In this document: piece by piece, positions 6,910-16,966 of the stretch | Layout: each line of letters starts with the position of its first letter | How positions within the stretch are numbered: the stretch's first letter is position 1 | Origin: a virus | Taxonomy: Duplodnaviria; Caudoviricetes | DNA: 25,345 nucleotides | Direction: 5' to 3' (one strand) | Virus record (IMG/VR): IMGVR_UViG_3300037704_000023 | Span: 1-25,345 of that record | Position numbers and translations under genes: made by a program | The notes under the pieces: model-generated | Databases searched by the model: none | What the model was told of the DNA's origin: nothing | Seen by the model: the letters and a program-made list of their open reading frames with translations, nothing else

Positions 6910-8942
6910 AGATCGTCCGGGTCGATGTCGAACATGTGGAACGGCATCCCCACACCCTCGTCCCGCGCGCCCCACTGGGACATCGAGCCGATGTCGCTGG
7001 ACAGCACCTTGTAGGCACCAGGGTTGGTGATGGCCCCGCCGTACTGGTCGTCGTCGAAGGTGTCCACGTTGATCTTGTTGGTCCGGCCCACGACCGGCGT
7101 CAGGCTCTCCACCATCATGGGGATCGCCAGCGCCTGAGCGATGTCGTGGGCCGAGACCGACACCTGCGCCACCGGACGCCCGCTCTCCCGGTCGTAGGCA
7201 GACAGCAGCAGGTGCTCGGAGTGCTCCGGGGTGATCCCGTGCACGGTCTCGATGGTGGCCACGTCGTAGGCGTCGTAGTCCACGTACACGGTGTGCCGAC
7301 CAATCTGCGCCTCCAGCACCGGAGAGCCTGCGGTCTCGCTGAACGTGGACCGGTCCGCGAAGTCCTCGAACAGGTCGTCGTTCTCCAGCGCGTTGTTCCA
7401 GTACTCGTTGACCGCTTGCTGCAGGGTGGAGATCCCTAGCCCCTCGACGCCAGCCGTGTAGAACGGCTGGTACTCATCGATGAACACCGTGTCCTGGTCA
7501 GGGTCCCACTCGTACGGAGCCATGATCACGTAGATCGGCTGACCGTCCGGAGTGTTCATCCAGACATCGTTGGCCGAGGCTGCTTCCAGCTCGGTCTTGG
7601 GTGCCTGGAAGGTGGGGTTGGCCTTGGCCTTGATCTTGGCCCGGATCTTCGCCTTGGCGTTGTGCTCGACGATCTGCGCTCGCTCCGGTGTCATCACCGC
7701 AGTCTTCGCCTCAGCCTGGACCTGAGCCTTGTCCCCCACGACGGCCTTCGCCTTCACGGGTGAAGCCTTCTCGCGTACCTGAGCCTTCACAGGTGAGGCC
7801 TTGGCATCGACGCGAGCCTTCGGTGGCGTGACCGGCACGAGTCGCGGTGTCGTCGGCGCGTCCAGGAGATCACTCGCCTCCGCCAGCACACGCGCGACCC
7901 GGGGATCGGAGTAGTCCACTTCACGGGTCTGCACCTTGCTGCGACGGGACTCCGTCTCGGAGAAGCGCCCCTTGCGGTCGCGGTCGTAGCGGTCCTGGCC
8001 ACGCGCCTTGGAGATCACGCCCCAGGCTGACTTGGTCAGCTCCAGCTCCGGGCGCTCGATGACGATGTCCCCGACGTAGGTGACCAGCCGGATGTCGCAC
8101 CGGCAGTTGGTGTGCGCGATGGGCGAGGAGATGACCTGCCCGTTGGGCATGGTGAAGTCTTCGCTCACCGGCACCCGGGCCTCGTGCAGCGGACCACACA
8201 GCGGGCACACCCGCTCGTCATCGGCAGTGACCCACTCCTTCTCGGCCGTGATCTCCAGCCGACCGGTCTGGGAGAGGTAGGCCCAGTACATCGCCTTGGC
8301 GGTGTTCTTGGTGATGAACGCCTCGGACTCCCCGATGGCCTTGGCCCGGCTGATGATGGCAGCGGCAATCATTCGATCGATCCGGCCGACGATCGTCTTG
8401 GGCACGTCGCGTGAGGTGAACGCCGTGGGGCGGTCGCTCATCCACACGTTGACCAGAGCCTTCATGGTGCGCGGTGCCACACCGAACGCATCGACAACCC
8501 GCTCGATGGCGACACGCGCGACAACCTTGCGATTCATCTGCGCGTTGATGCCCTCCACCATGGACTGGGTCGAGACCTGGTGGATGTTGTCCCCGAGCTG
8601 TACGGCGTAGCGCTCTGCGTTCTTCCGCACCCACGTGAGATCCGGTGCGGAGTTGCCAGCCTCGTGCAGCCCTATCACCAGACCGGTAGCCAGGGCAGGA
8701 GCAGCCACAGCAGCCCACCTGGGCAGGAACAGCATGGCAATGCGCTGGGACAGCTCCTGCATCGCTGCAGGGCCGTCACGGCGCACAGACGCCTCTCGCA
8801 GCCTGCGCCGGAAGATCATCCGGTACAGCCCGAAGGCAGCCCCCAGAGCGAGGGCTACCTCCGTCAGGCTGGTCGAACGCTCTCCAGCCGCTGTGATCTC
8901 CGCAGCCAGCCGCTCCTCGGTGTCGTTCAGTTCCTCATCCAT
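6900..8942 (-). CDS. MuF-like minor head protein with long C-terminal extension
   Basis: KEWVTADDERVCPLCGPLH...PIAHTNCRC is the MuF (SPP1 gp7-like) signature; followed by about 390 aa extension (tags, Lys/Ala linker, acidic domain). Confidence 0.85.
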   Translation of the reverse strand: MDEELNDTEERLAAEITAAGERSTSLTEVALALGAAFGLYRMIFRRRLREASVRRDGPAAMQELSQRIAMLFLPRWAAVAAPALATGLVIGLHEAGNSAPDLTWVRKNAERYAVQLGDNIHQVSTQSMVEGINAQMNRKVVARVAIERVVDAFGVAPRTMKALVNVWMSDRPTAFTSRDVPKTIVGRIDRMIAAAIISRAKAIGESEAFITKNTAKAMYWAYLSQTGRLEITAEKEWVTADDERVCPLCGPLHEARVPVSEDFTMPNGQVISSPIAHTNCRCDIRLVTYVGDIVIERPELELTKSAWGVISKARGQDRYDRDRKGRFSETESRRSKVQTREVDYSDPRVARVLAEASDLLDAPTTPRLVPVTPPKARVDAKASPVKAQVREKASPVKAKAVVGDKAQVQAEAKTAVMTPERAQIVEHNAKAKIRAKIKAKANPTFQAPKTELEAASANDVWMNTPDGQPIYVIMAPYEWDPDQDTVFIDEYQPFYTAGVEGLGISTLQQAVNEYWNNALENDDLFEDFADRSTFSETAGSPVLEAQIGRHTVYVDYDAYDVATIETVHGITPEHSEHLLLSAYDRESGRPVAQVSVSAHDIAQALAIPMMVESLTPVVGRTNKINVDTFDDDQYGGAITNPGAYKVLSSDIGSMSQWGARDEGVGMPFHMFDIDPDDLYP

Positions 8943-11900
8943 CAGCGGCTCGGACGCCAGTTGTCAGACCCGAAGATGGACTCGATGGCACTGCGGGCGA
9001 ACTGCCCCAGCTCTCCAGCCTGGTCGGACCCCACATAGACATCATTGGCCAGCTCCTCGGCTCGATCGATGTCCCCGTTGCGTACTGCGATGGCCACGGA
9101 ACGCAGACCACTGGTGACGGGGTTGTCCGGCCCGTCCACTCCAGCGATGGCCTGGGCTGCATGGTTGAGCGCCTCGACGCCGGTACGGCGCTCGGAGTCA
9201 TCGTCCAGGTTGCGGCGCGGCCAGCGGTTGGACGGCTGGACGGGCTGCGGAGCGGGACGAGGCTGGAGCTGCTGCACGCGCTCAGCGGCACCCATGCCGA
9301 CACCCTGAGCCTGGAGCGTCTGAGGAGAAGCCATGCCCCCAGTCTCCGGCATGGACGTGCCCAGTGCACGTAGCCGCTCGATGTTCTCCGCCATCCCGGC
9401 CAGGGAATCAGCCTGCTGGTTCACCAGCCGCTCGTCACCCTTGGTGTGCTGGAAGGCCCGGAAGCGGTTGCCCACCCATGCAGCAGGCAGGTCCAGCCGG
9501 GTGCGCGCCTCGGTGAGAGAGTCGATGAAGCCCTGCTCCTCACCCCGCTGCGCGTGCTGGCTGGCCCGGCCCAGAGCAGCAGCAGCCTGGCCCAGAGCGG
9601 TGTCCTCCACGTCCGGACCGACCGCCACCCCGGAGTTGGCCAGGGCGTTGTTCACCCGCTGACGCTCGTTGTCCTTGGCGGTGGCGTCCGCAGCGGGCCG
9701 GTAGGCAGCCTCGGCGAACTCACGCGGGGAGGACGCGAAGAACCCCAGGTGCTTGCTCCGGTCGAAGGCATCCCCGCCGTACTGTCCGGAGTTGACCCGG
9801 AAGCGCTCCAGGAGCTGGGTGCCCCGGGTCTTGGCCGCGTCCGTGCGGAACACGCTGATGACCTGGCTCAGCTCGGTGACCAGTGCCTCCCGGTCGGTGG
9901 GGTTCTCCCAGATCTCCTCGGGCTTGCGAGCGCCGCTCTGCACGGAGTTGAGCATGGGGTACACCCGCGCGGCCTCCTCGGTGCTGAAGTCCACCTCGTC
10001 GTCCGCCAGCTTCACCAGGTCCACGGTGGCGTCCCGCGCCTGCTGGGTGCGCTCCACCCGTGCGGCCGACTCGGCCACTGCCTGCTGGGTGTTTGCCGGA
10101 CGGGCTGCGGTAGCCCCACCCCCACCACCGGTGGTGCTCTCACCAGCGACTTCACCCATCATGTCGTCGCGACGCCGCGTCTGCCCGCGCGTGGGGTTGT
10201 TCTCCCAGTTGCTGAAGTTGGTGAACGCAGCCGGGGTCTTGCCGGTGGTCTCCCCGCCCTGGGTGTACGTGCCCGCGCCAGCGACGTGCCGGTCGTAGTA
10301 GCCCTCCAGCACCTCCTCCGGACGGTTGTACCGAGGCGCGACGTAGCCCCGGTCCGCCTCGCGGGTGAACCGCTGCATGAGCCCGTTGGGCGAGTCGGTG
10401 CGCTCACCCGCAGCGTTCAGCGCCTCCTTGCGGTGCATGAAGGAGACCGAGTCGATGTAGTACGGGTACTGCTCGCGCAGCGCCTCCAGGGACGCCGCGT
10501 AGCCTTCGCCGTCGAGCTGGTAGAAGCGCGAGGTCTTGGTCTCCATGGCCTGGTCGATCAGGTCGGCCCGGATGCGGTTGTACTCCTTGCGCCCCCGGTC
10601 GGTGCCCATCTCAGCACCGCCACGTGCCTTGGCGTCGATGGCCTCCAGCTCACCCGTAGTCAGCTGAGGGGTCTCCTTGTAGTCCTTGATCCGACGCTGG
10701 AACTCCGCCTGACGCTCAGCCTGCGTGGACCACCCGGTCATCTCCTCCTCGACCTCGGAGAAGATCTCGGCCCGTGCCTCGCGGCTGATCGGCTCCCGCT
10801 CGACCTGACCGTTCTTGATGGTGTCCAGCGTCTTGGCGTAGCGGTCCACCATCTGCGCGGCCTTGTCGTTGAACCGGCGCGCGCCCCGGAAGTCGTCCGA
10901 GAAGTTGACCGTGAACACACCGGAGTTGGACACCACGGTGACCCGTCGTGCTCCGGAGACCAGACCGGTGTACACATCCTCGGTGGTCAGCCCACCCTTG
11001 GAGCGGGTCCGAACGTACTCCCCGCCCTTGAGGTTGTTCAGGTTCTTGAGGTTGAACGGCAGGTAGTGGTCGTCCGCGAAGCCCACGGCCTGCACCTTGA
11101 CCTGTCCGTCAGCCCCGACGATCACGCCCTCCGAGGGCGGGATACGCCCGGACTTGCGCTGGATCTCGCTCAGGCGAAGGCTGGGCAGCCGGTTGAACAG
11201 GTAGCCCACCGAGGCACCAGAGGTGCGCAGCATCTTCTCCTCGGCCGGGAGAGCCTCCCCACCACCGTCCCGCCGGAGCTGAGTCTGGCGTGCGGTGAAC
11301 AGCTCGGCGTCCACCTTCCGCTCGGTGCCCCGGTAGCGGTAGGCCGTCTTGCGCATGTGCGGGCCGACGACCTTCTCCGCCTCGGGACCGTAGCGGCCGA
11401 CGAACTCCCCGAAGGCGGCAGCGGCCTGGGTCTTCGAGCCCGGAGCGGAGACGGTGCCCAGGAGCTGAGAGCCCGCCTCGATGCGGCGGTAGGTACGCGC
11501 GTTCGTCCCTGTGGGGTCGTTGCTCGCGTCGTTCCACTGGTCCGCGAAGGCAGAACCACCACGCTGCACACCCTGTACCCCGCGCTGTGCCCCACGCCCT
11601 GCGGTCCCACCGGCCAGGGTGGAGACCACGTCGAACGAGGCGTTGCCCGCCATCGAGCCCGGACGCTCGTAGCGGATCGCGACGACATCCTGGCGCTTGG
11701 GGTTCCAGCCCTTGATGGAGTCCGGCGAGCCGCCCTCGATGGTGGCCAGCGCCTGACGCCCGGTGGAGCGATCCTGCACCACGGCCTGCGGGTTGCGCCC
11801 GCCCGAGGTGACCATGCGGTCCATGGCGTCCGCCAGCGCACCGTACTGCTGCTGGTAGGCACTGCGCTCCTTGGAGCTGAGCCTGTCCGTCTTGCGGTAG

Positions 11901-12286
11901 GTGCCGGAGCGCCGGGCTACGAAGGCAGCGCTCTGGATGCCCTGATCCCGCTCCTTGGCCTTGGGCATGGCCCGCTTGGTGCGGTCCGTGCGCACCCGCG
12001 ACTCCACCGTGGAGAACCGGCCGGACTTGTCGCGGGTGTACTCGTCGTCACCGAATGCCTTGACGATGGGCACCAGGCGCGGGTCGGCGGAGGCGAGACG
12101 CTTGTGGATGCGCTGCACCAGCCCGTCCACCGTACGCCGGTTGCCAGCCAGATCTTCGTGCAGCATGCCGTAGGCCACGTTGGTGATGAAGGACTGCGCA
12201 GATGCGTCGTCCATCTTCATCACCAGGTCGTAGGCCCAGGCTGCGGCGCGGGTGTTGAGTTCCATGTCTACCTCCGCGTCCATCAT
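8942..12286 (-). CDS. Large putative internal/ejected virion protein with degenerate JAB/MPN-like segment
   Basis: 1114 aa, coupled to MuF by TGATG; shares a 24-aa motif with MuF. Gene is well supported, function is inference; exact start uncertain. Confidence 0.7.
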   Translation of the reverse strand: MMDAEVDMELNTRAAAWAYDLVMKMDDASAQSFITNVAYGMLHEDLAGNRRTVDGLVQRIHKRLASADPRLVPIVKAFGDDEYTRDKSGRFSTVESRVRTDRTKRAMPKAKERDQGIQSAAFVARRSGTYRKTDRLSSKERSAYQQQYGALADAMDRMVTSGGRNPQAVVQDRSTGRQALATIEGGSPDSIKGWNPKRQDVVAIRYERPGSMAGNASFDVVSTLAGGTAGRGAQRGVQGVQRGGSAFADQWNDASNDPTGTNARTYRRIEAGSQLLGTVSAPGSKTQAAAAFGEFVGRYGPEAEKVVGPHMRKTAYRYRGTERKVDAELFTARQTQLRRDGGGEALPAEEKMLRTSGASVGYLFNRLPSLRLSEIQRKSGRIPPSEGVIVGADGQVKVQAVGFADDHYLPFNLKNLNNLKGGEYVRTRSKGGLTTEDVYTGLVSGARRVTVVSNSGVFTVNFSDDFRGARRFNDKAAQMVDRYAKTLDTIKNGQVEREPISREARAEIFSEVEEEMTGWSTQAERQAEFQRRIKDYKETPQLTTGELEAIDAKARGGAEMGTDRGRKEYNRIRADLIDQAMETKTSRFYQLDGEGYAASLEALREQYPYYIDSVSFMHRKEALNAAGERTDSPNGLMQRFTREADRGYVAPRYNRPEEVLEGYYDRHVAGAGTYTQGGETTGKTPAAFTNFSNWENNPTRGQTRRRDDMMGEVAGESTTGGGGGATAARPANTQQAVAESAARVERTQQARDATVDLVKLADDEVDFSTEEAARVYPMLNSVQSGARKPEEIWENPTDREALVTELSQVISVFRTDAAKTRGTQLLERFRVNSGQYGGDAFDRSKHLGFFASSPREFAEAAYRPAADATAKDNERQRVNNALANSGVAVGPDVEDTALGQAAAALGRASQHAQRGEEQGFIDSLTEARTRLDLPAAWVGNRFRAFQHTKGDERLVNQQADSLAGMAENIERLRALGTSMPETGGMASPQTLQAQGVGMGAAERVQQLQPRPAPQPVQPSNRWPRRNLDDDSERRTGVEALNHAAQAIAGVDGPDNPVTSGLRSVAIAVRNGDIDRAEELANDVYVGSDQAGELGQFARSAIESIFGSDNWRPSR

Positions 12287-12292
12287 CTCGTG

Positions 12293-12589
12293 CTAGCCCA
12301 GGGCCTCTTCGACCGTGAGCACGCGCTGGCCCTTGGTGGGCGCGTGCATCGTTTCACCATCTCTGGTGATCTCCAGCTCCACCAGATAGCTGCCCACCGG
12401 CAGCGTTCCGTCCAACTGCCAGAACACGATCCCGGACGGCGGATCCGGGATGAGGATGTCATCGGTGGTGTCTATCGGCGCACCGGCACTGTTCTCCACC
12501 TTGAGCACCACATCGGCGTCCACGAGCGAGGTGCTGGCCCGCCAGCCGATCTTCCGGGAGTCCCCGAACTTCACCGTCATCTCGTTCAT
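12293..12589 (-). CDS. Small beta-rich structural protein (BppU N-terminal-like)
   Basis: 98 aa; VKFGDS...GIVFW...GSYLVELEIT..G...HAPT.G...LTV pattern; ATGA-coupled to the 954-aa gene. Confidence 0.6.
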   Translation of the reverse strand: MNEMTVKFGDSRKIGWRASTSLVDADVVLKVENSAGAPIDTTDDILIPDPPSGIVFWQLDGTLPVGSYLVELEITRDGETMHAPTKGQRVLTVEEALG

Positions 12590-15450
12590 GGGTTCCTCCA
12601 GTAGCCGATCTGGTCCAGCGTGATCTCGCCGGTCACAGCGTATTGCTCCAGTTCCTCCGGCAGGGGCTCAAGGCTGAGGTCTTGAGTCACCGGAATCAAG
12701 TCCAGATCCTTCGGTGCCGGGAAGGGGCGCGGCGGCACCCGCCCGATCACGTCTGCGGGGATAGCTATCTCGCCCGTGACCGACACCGAAGGAATCAACC
12801 CCGTAGTGGCGATGTCCACCGAGAACGAGCCGTCGAAGTGCATGTCGTGGTCCAGCTCCGTGTACAGGTACAGCGGGGACTGGACCGAGGCCTCTGCGGT
12901 CAGCTCAACCGAAGCCGGAGCATCCCCGGTACGGATGACCGGGTTCCGGCCGACCAGCTTCGCAGTGACAGGAATACTTCCTGTCCGAGAGATCTCCTGC
13001 GCCACGCTGCCCACCAGACCGACAGTGGGCACGACGTTCTTGGAGCCGGTGGGGATACCCGTACCGATCAGCCCCACGGCGAGCGGAAGCTGGCCGGTGG
13101 CCACACCGCCGATCGGCACGGCTATGGTCCATACACTCCACCACTCCAGGCCGAAGTACCCGGTGGGTGCCTCCAGCTCCGCGCGCGAGATGCGCGGATT
13201 CCAGATCACCTGGCTTGCTGTAGCAGGGTTGTACGGTCCACGCGTGCTACCTGGATAGGTGTTGATCACCCAGGTGCGGAAGTCGTCCGGGATCTCGATG
13301 GTGGTCTGGGACTGCGCTCCGCTGGTGCTGGGCAGCGGTGTCATGCCATACGGGTTCAGCGCGATCATGTAGGCGGCGTCGCCCCACAGCCCACCGGGCC
13401 ACATGGTGGAGGCGGGTCGCCACAGCGACATCTGGTACTCGACCAGACCCATCCGTCCTGGACCAGCCAGGGCGTCAGCAGCCAGGTCTCGCACGGGCGT
13501 ACGGGAGATCCCGCCGTTACCGTGGTACTGGGTGTTCCCGCTGACGTTCATGAACCCCACGACATCGCCGTCACCGACACCATTGATGACCGTGACCTGC
13601 ATGGCGAACTCTTCGATCTCTTCCGGATCACGCGTGAGGGTGAACACCTGCTCGGAGTTGGCGGCGTCCACGATGAAGCCCCAGCGCAGGATGCCGACCT
13701 CGTTGGGGTCGTCCACCGTCCACTCGTTGAAGGCTTCGCTGGTGGGATCGTGCCCACCCGTCGTGACATCGATGGGATAGCCTGCCAGGTCCCACACGTC
13801 CGGCGTCGGTGTAGCCCCGGACAGGTCGTAGGTCATCCCGACGATGTCGTGCCCGGTGTCCTGCCGGAAGTCCTTGCTGTAGGCCATCACGATGAGCAGC
13901 GAGCGGTTGGTGATGACAGGCAGGGTGTAGCTGAGGCTGTCCGCCCCCGGAGCGTTCGGTGTTGCGGGCACCACGGTCAGCGGAGCTTCCGAGGTGGTGT
14001 TCTCCCCGTACGCGCGCGTGGTGACGTCCAGGGAGCCGTTCAGCTTGACCACTGCCCTGCCGGTCAGCGGGATGTCTCCGAAGAAGCTGGTCAGCACACT
14101 CATGCCCCGGACGGTGAACTCGGCGTAGTGCCGTTCCCGGCTGTTGCTGATGTCGAAGCTGGTGTGCGCGCCCAGGGTGATGTTGGGGATGGTGGTGCCG
14201 GTGTTGATCGTCTTGACCCGGCCCTCGTAGAGCCAGCCGCCAGGGGAGGAGTCGTCGTCGTTGTAGACGCTGATGTCCACGTTCTGGTACCAGATGCCGT
14301 CATCATCGGTCGGCGGCACGGTCTCGGCTCCCAGACCGAAGGCGCACTGATACCAGATGTCCGGCTGGAGCAGAGTGAAGCTGGAGCTGGTGAACAGGGT
14401 CGTGCCGTTCATGTCATAGATCTTGAACCGGCCGTCCGAGGTGATGGTGGTCCGCACCAGCATGGTTGGGGTGCCACCACCCATGTTGGCCCAGAACAGG
14501 GTGAACTCGTCGGTCCCTGACTCGAACATGAACCGGAAGTGCCCGGTGACGTACTTCCGGTTCGCGGTGTTCCAGGAGATGTTCGCGTGGTACTGGGTGG
14601 ACATAGCCCGGTTGCTACCCAGCACGTCCGGGAAGGCAGACCAGTGCGGAGAGACGAACGCCCCGCCCCCGGGGGTTATCGCAGTCGCGGCAGTACCGGC
14701 GGTGCCTCCCGAGTTCGCGACGGTGATCTCGGCAAGGTGAGTCTTGCCCGCGCCCGTGTTGGTGGCCTGCCAGCGGTCCGTGGAACGCGAGATGGACAGG
14801 TCAGCAGTGCCGGACCAGGCGAAGGTCTCGTCGTCCGTGGTGGGCGTGGTGCCGTCGAAGTGGTCACTCATCTCGGTGAAGCCCTCGTACAGGCGCGACT
14901 CGTAGGCCGTCCCGGTGAAGGGCTCACGCTCGATCATGTGCGCATGCACGTCCAGCTGCGACCCCACCGGCAGGAAGCCCACGCCGTCGGTGGTCTCGAT
15001 CACCGGGATGATCATGAACGATTCGGTCGTATCGAAGTGGATGTAGTTGAGGTACTCGATCTCGACCCAGCCACTACCAGAGCCGAAGACGCCGAACTCG
15101 ACATAGGTAGCAGCAGTGTTGACGTAGGCAGCACCGTTCCAGGAGCGCTCCACGTACCAGTGACCGAGCTGGACCAGGGACTGGTTGGTGCGTACGTAGA
15201 TCCGGTCCCAGTAGAAGTCCCCCTTGCGGTGGGGGAAGTCGTCCCGGTCCGTGTACAGCGCCTGGCCGAACTGTCGCTCGACAGTGGCGACAGCAGTGGT
15301 CTCCACCCGCCGGTAGCTGTCTATGTACGAGATGGGCAGGCCACCGGCACCAGTGAACGCGGTGGCAGTGGCCTTGCCCGCCTCGTAGTAGCCGAGGTAG
15401 CGGTCTGAGCCTCGGGTCCGGGGGTTGGCCGCGTAGTTGACTCGGGCCAT
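12586..15450 (-). CDS. Large fibre/minor tail-type structural protein, putative receptor binding
   Basis: 954 aa rich in Thr/Gly/aromatics with several beta-sandwich-like blocks; flanked by two small structural genes. Confidence 0.6.
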   Translation of the reverse strand: MARVNYAANPRTRGSDRYLGYYEAGKATATAFTGAGGLPISYIDSYRRVETTAVATVERQFGQALYTDRDDFPHRKGDFYWDRIYVRTNQSLVQLGHWYVERSWNGAAYVNTAATYVEFGVFGSGSGWVEIEYLNYIHFDTTESFMIIPVIETTDGVGFLPVGSQLDVHAHMIEREPFTGTAYESRLYEGFTEMSDHFDGTTPTTDDETFAWSGTADLSISRSTDRWQATNTGAGKTHLAEITVANSGGTAGTAATAITPGGGAFVSPHWSAFPDVLGSNRAMSTQYHANISWNTANRKYVTGHFRFMFESGTDEFTLFWANMGGGTPTMLVRTTITSDGRFKIYDMNGTTLFTSSSFTLLQPDIWYQCAFGLGAETVPPTDDDGIWYQNVDISVYNDDDSSPGGWLYEGRVKTINTGTTIPNITLGAHTSFDISNSRERHYAEFTVRGMSVLTSFFGDIPLTGRAVVKLNGSLDVTTRAYGENTTSEAPLTVVPATPNAPGADSLSYTLPVITNRSLLIVMAYSKDFRQDTGHDIVGMTYDLSGATPTPDVWDLAGYPIDVTTGGHDPTSEAFNEWTVDDPNEVGILRWGFIVDAANSEQVFTLTRDPEEIEEFAMQVTVINGVGDGDVVGFMNVSGNTQYHGNGGISRTPVRDLAADALAGPGRMGLVEYQMSLWRPASTMWPGGLWGDAAYMIALNPYGMTPLPSTSGAQSQTTIEIPDDFRTWVINTYPGSTRGPYNPATASQVIWNPRISRAELEAPTGYFGLEWWSVWTIAVPIGGVATGQLPLAVGLIGTGIPTGSKNVVPTVGLVGSVAQEISRTGSIPVTAKLVGRNPVIRTGDAPASVELTAEASVQSPLYLYTELDHDMHFDGSFSVDIATTGLIPSVSVTGEIAIPADVIGRVPPRPFPAPKDLDLIPVTQDLSLEPLPEELEQYAVTGEITLDQIGYWRNP

Positions 15451-15456
15451 GGGAAC

Positions 15457-15807
15457 CTACGACGCAGCGACTGGGATGGCGATGGTCAGCTTGATCTGAC
15501 CCTGAGGGTTGATGGTGGTGGTGGCGCTCAGCGGGTTGCCCCCACGGAAGGTGCCCGAGGTCACGGCGGTCCACACACCGAAGTGCGTGTACGTGCCCGG
15601 CGGAACATCGAACGTCACCTCACCAGCAGTGGCAGTACCCGAGGACGCGGCACCGAAGGACAGGGCCTTGCGCGCGTACGCGGGCGTGCCACCAGTGGCC
15701 TCAGCGGCACCTGTGGTCCCTGGGTCGGCGGTGTGCAGCGAGACGTACACCAGGCGGGCTGCCTCGAAGTCCGCGATGGCATTACGCTCCGCGACTGTCA
15801 GCGGCAT
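15457..15807 (-). CDS. Small virion structural protein (fibre-module type)
   Basis: 116 aa; VSLHTADPG...E.TGG..YARK...FDVP...THFGVW.A.T.G.F pattern common in phage tail/fibre modules; AAGGAG RBS. Confidence 0.7.
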   Translation of the reverse strand: MPLTVAERNAIADFEAARLVYVSLHTADPGTTGAAEATGGTPAYARKALSFGAASSGTATAGEVTFDVPPGTYTHFGVWTAVTSGTFRGGNPLSATTTINPQGQIKLTIAIPVAAS

Positions 15808-15851
15808 GTCGTACTCCTTGCTCGTGGTCTGGCTTCACGCTATCGGTGTCG

Positions 15852-16268
15852 TCAGTCCAGGTCGCGGTTCGTCGGCTGGTTCTCCGTGAGGTTGGGGTCC
15901 GCGCTCTGACCGGTCTTGACCTCGATCATGGCCTGCTCCGCGTCGCCGAGCTCGAACACTGGTCCTGCCGCCTCGATGAGCGGTCCACCAGCAGTGCTGC
16001 CATCGTATGCAGGCGTCTGCGGGCTGCCCAGGAGGAACCTGGTGACGATGTCCGGCAGGTACTTCTCCAGCTTGCGCAGGAGGACATACCAGCCGATGGC
16101 TGCCAGACCGGTGACTGCAGCCACTGCCTCGGGCGAGTTGAGGTCCACGCCCAGGGTGTCCAGCAGGTCACTGACGCCAGGAAGATTGGTGGCCAGCAGG
16201 CCCACCAGGTAGCCCCACAGGATGGGAACGAAGGTGCGAAGGTATGCAGGAAGCTGCGGGGTGTTCAT
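15852..16268 (-). CDS. Holin-like membrane protein (two TM)
   Basis: Start revised to ATG 16268 (overlaps the endolysin stop); YLRTFVPILWGYLVGLL and AVTGLAAIGWYVLLRKLE...FLLG segments; 138 aa. Confidence 0.7.
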   Translation of the reverse strand: MNTPQLPAYLRTFVPILWGYLVGLLATNLPGVSDLLDTLGVDLNSPEAVAAVTGLAAIGWYVLLRKLEKYLPDIVTRFLLGSPQTPAYDGSTAGGPLIEAAGPVFELGDAEQAMIEVKTGQSADPNLTENQPTNRDLD

Positions 16269-16966
16269 CACTTCACTCCTGAGTAGCGACCGTGGAAGGT
16301 GCGAGCGGCACGAATGGTCAGCGGACCGATGATGCCATCGATCTCGCCGGTATACAGCGCGCCGATGATCGAGGAGGCCAGGATCCTCTGGAACCACATG
16401 ACTCGCTTGGAGTTGTAGCCACGTCTGCTGATCGAGGCCATGAGCTTGTCCCAGCCGTTCTTGGTGCCCTGGCCCCACCAGCCGTCCAGAGCCCCGTCGT
16501 ACAGCCGCGCCTTCTTCATCCAGTACTGCAGCAGTACGACCTGACGTGAACCGTCCTTGGCCCGGTTGGCGTACTCCCAGTGCCAGGGCTCGTCCTTCTG
16601 GAAGCCCGGGGCTCCAGGAGTGGCCCAGTTGGGGTTGTCCATGCCGAAGTTCTTGGCGTTGATCTGCATCCACTGGTGCTCGCGCGAGGAGCGCACGTTG
16701 ATGCCGGAGCCCAGGTCGAAGGCCAGACCCCAGCCGTGGTTGCTCGTGCCAGGCGTTGCAGCCAGGTAGCCCTTGGCAGCCTTCACTGCCACCTGCTGCG
16801 CATATGTGCGGTAGCCGTCAGTGATATGCGGGTAGTAGCCGAACTCGCGCTGGAACCTGGCACCGAGCGCGGTGAGCGCGCGTGCCGCATCCTTGGTCCC
16901 TCTGTGCTTGCTCCAACCGACCTGCGTGAGCAGCAGGTCCGGGAGCCGTCCGTTCAGGATTGCCAT
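16268..16966 (-). CDS. Endolysin: M15 (VanY-like) peptidase with C-terminal PG-binding-like repeats
   Basis: YRTYAQQ, ATPGTSNHGWGLAFD and EPWHWEY motifs; two DG..G..T repeats (LDGWWGQGT, IDGIIGPLT); ATG 16966 with AAGGAG RBS; 232 aa. Confidence 0.9.
   Translation of the reverse strand: MAILNGRLPDLLLTQVGWSKHRGTKDAARALTALGARFQREFGYYPHITDGYRTYAQQVAVKAAKGYLAATPGTSNHGWGLAFDLGSGINVRSSREHQWMQINAKNFGMDNPNWATPGAPGFQKDEPWHWEYANRAKDGSRQVVLLQYWMKKARLYDGALDGWWGQGTKNGWDKLMASISRRGYNSKRVMWFQRILASSIIGALYTGEIDGIIGPLTIRAARTFHGRYSGVK

Noticed and set aside
8942-12286. 1114-aa protein as tape measure or virion RNA polymerase
   Set aside because: Located in the head module with no tail chaperone genes, no tape-measure periodicity and no DxDGD-type polymerase motif seen.
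9446-12604. 1052-aa plus-strand ORF (also 12643..14520, 20700..22727, 2263..3489, 836..1960, 5013..6047)
   Set aside because: Antisense shadows of well-supported minus-strand genes, expected from high-GC codon bias; no recognisable motifs.
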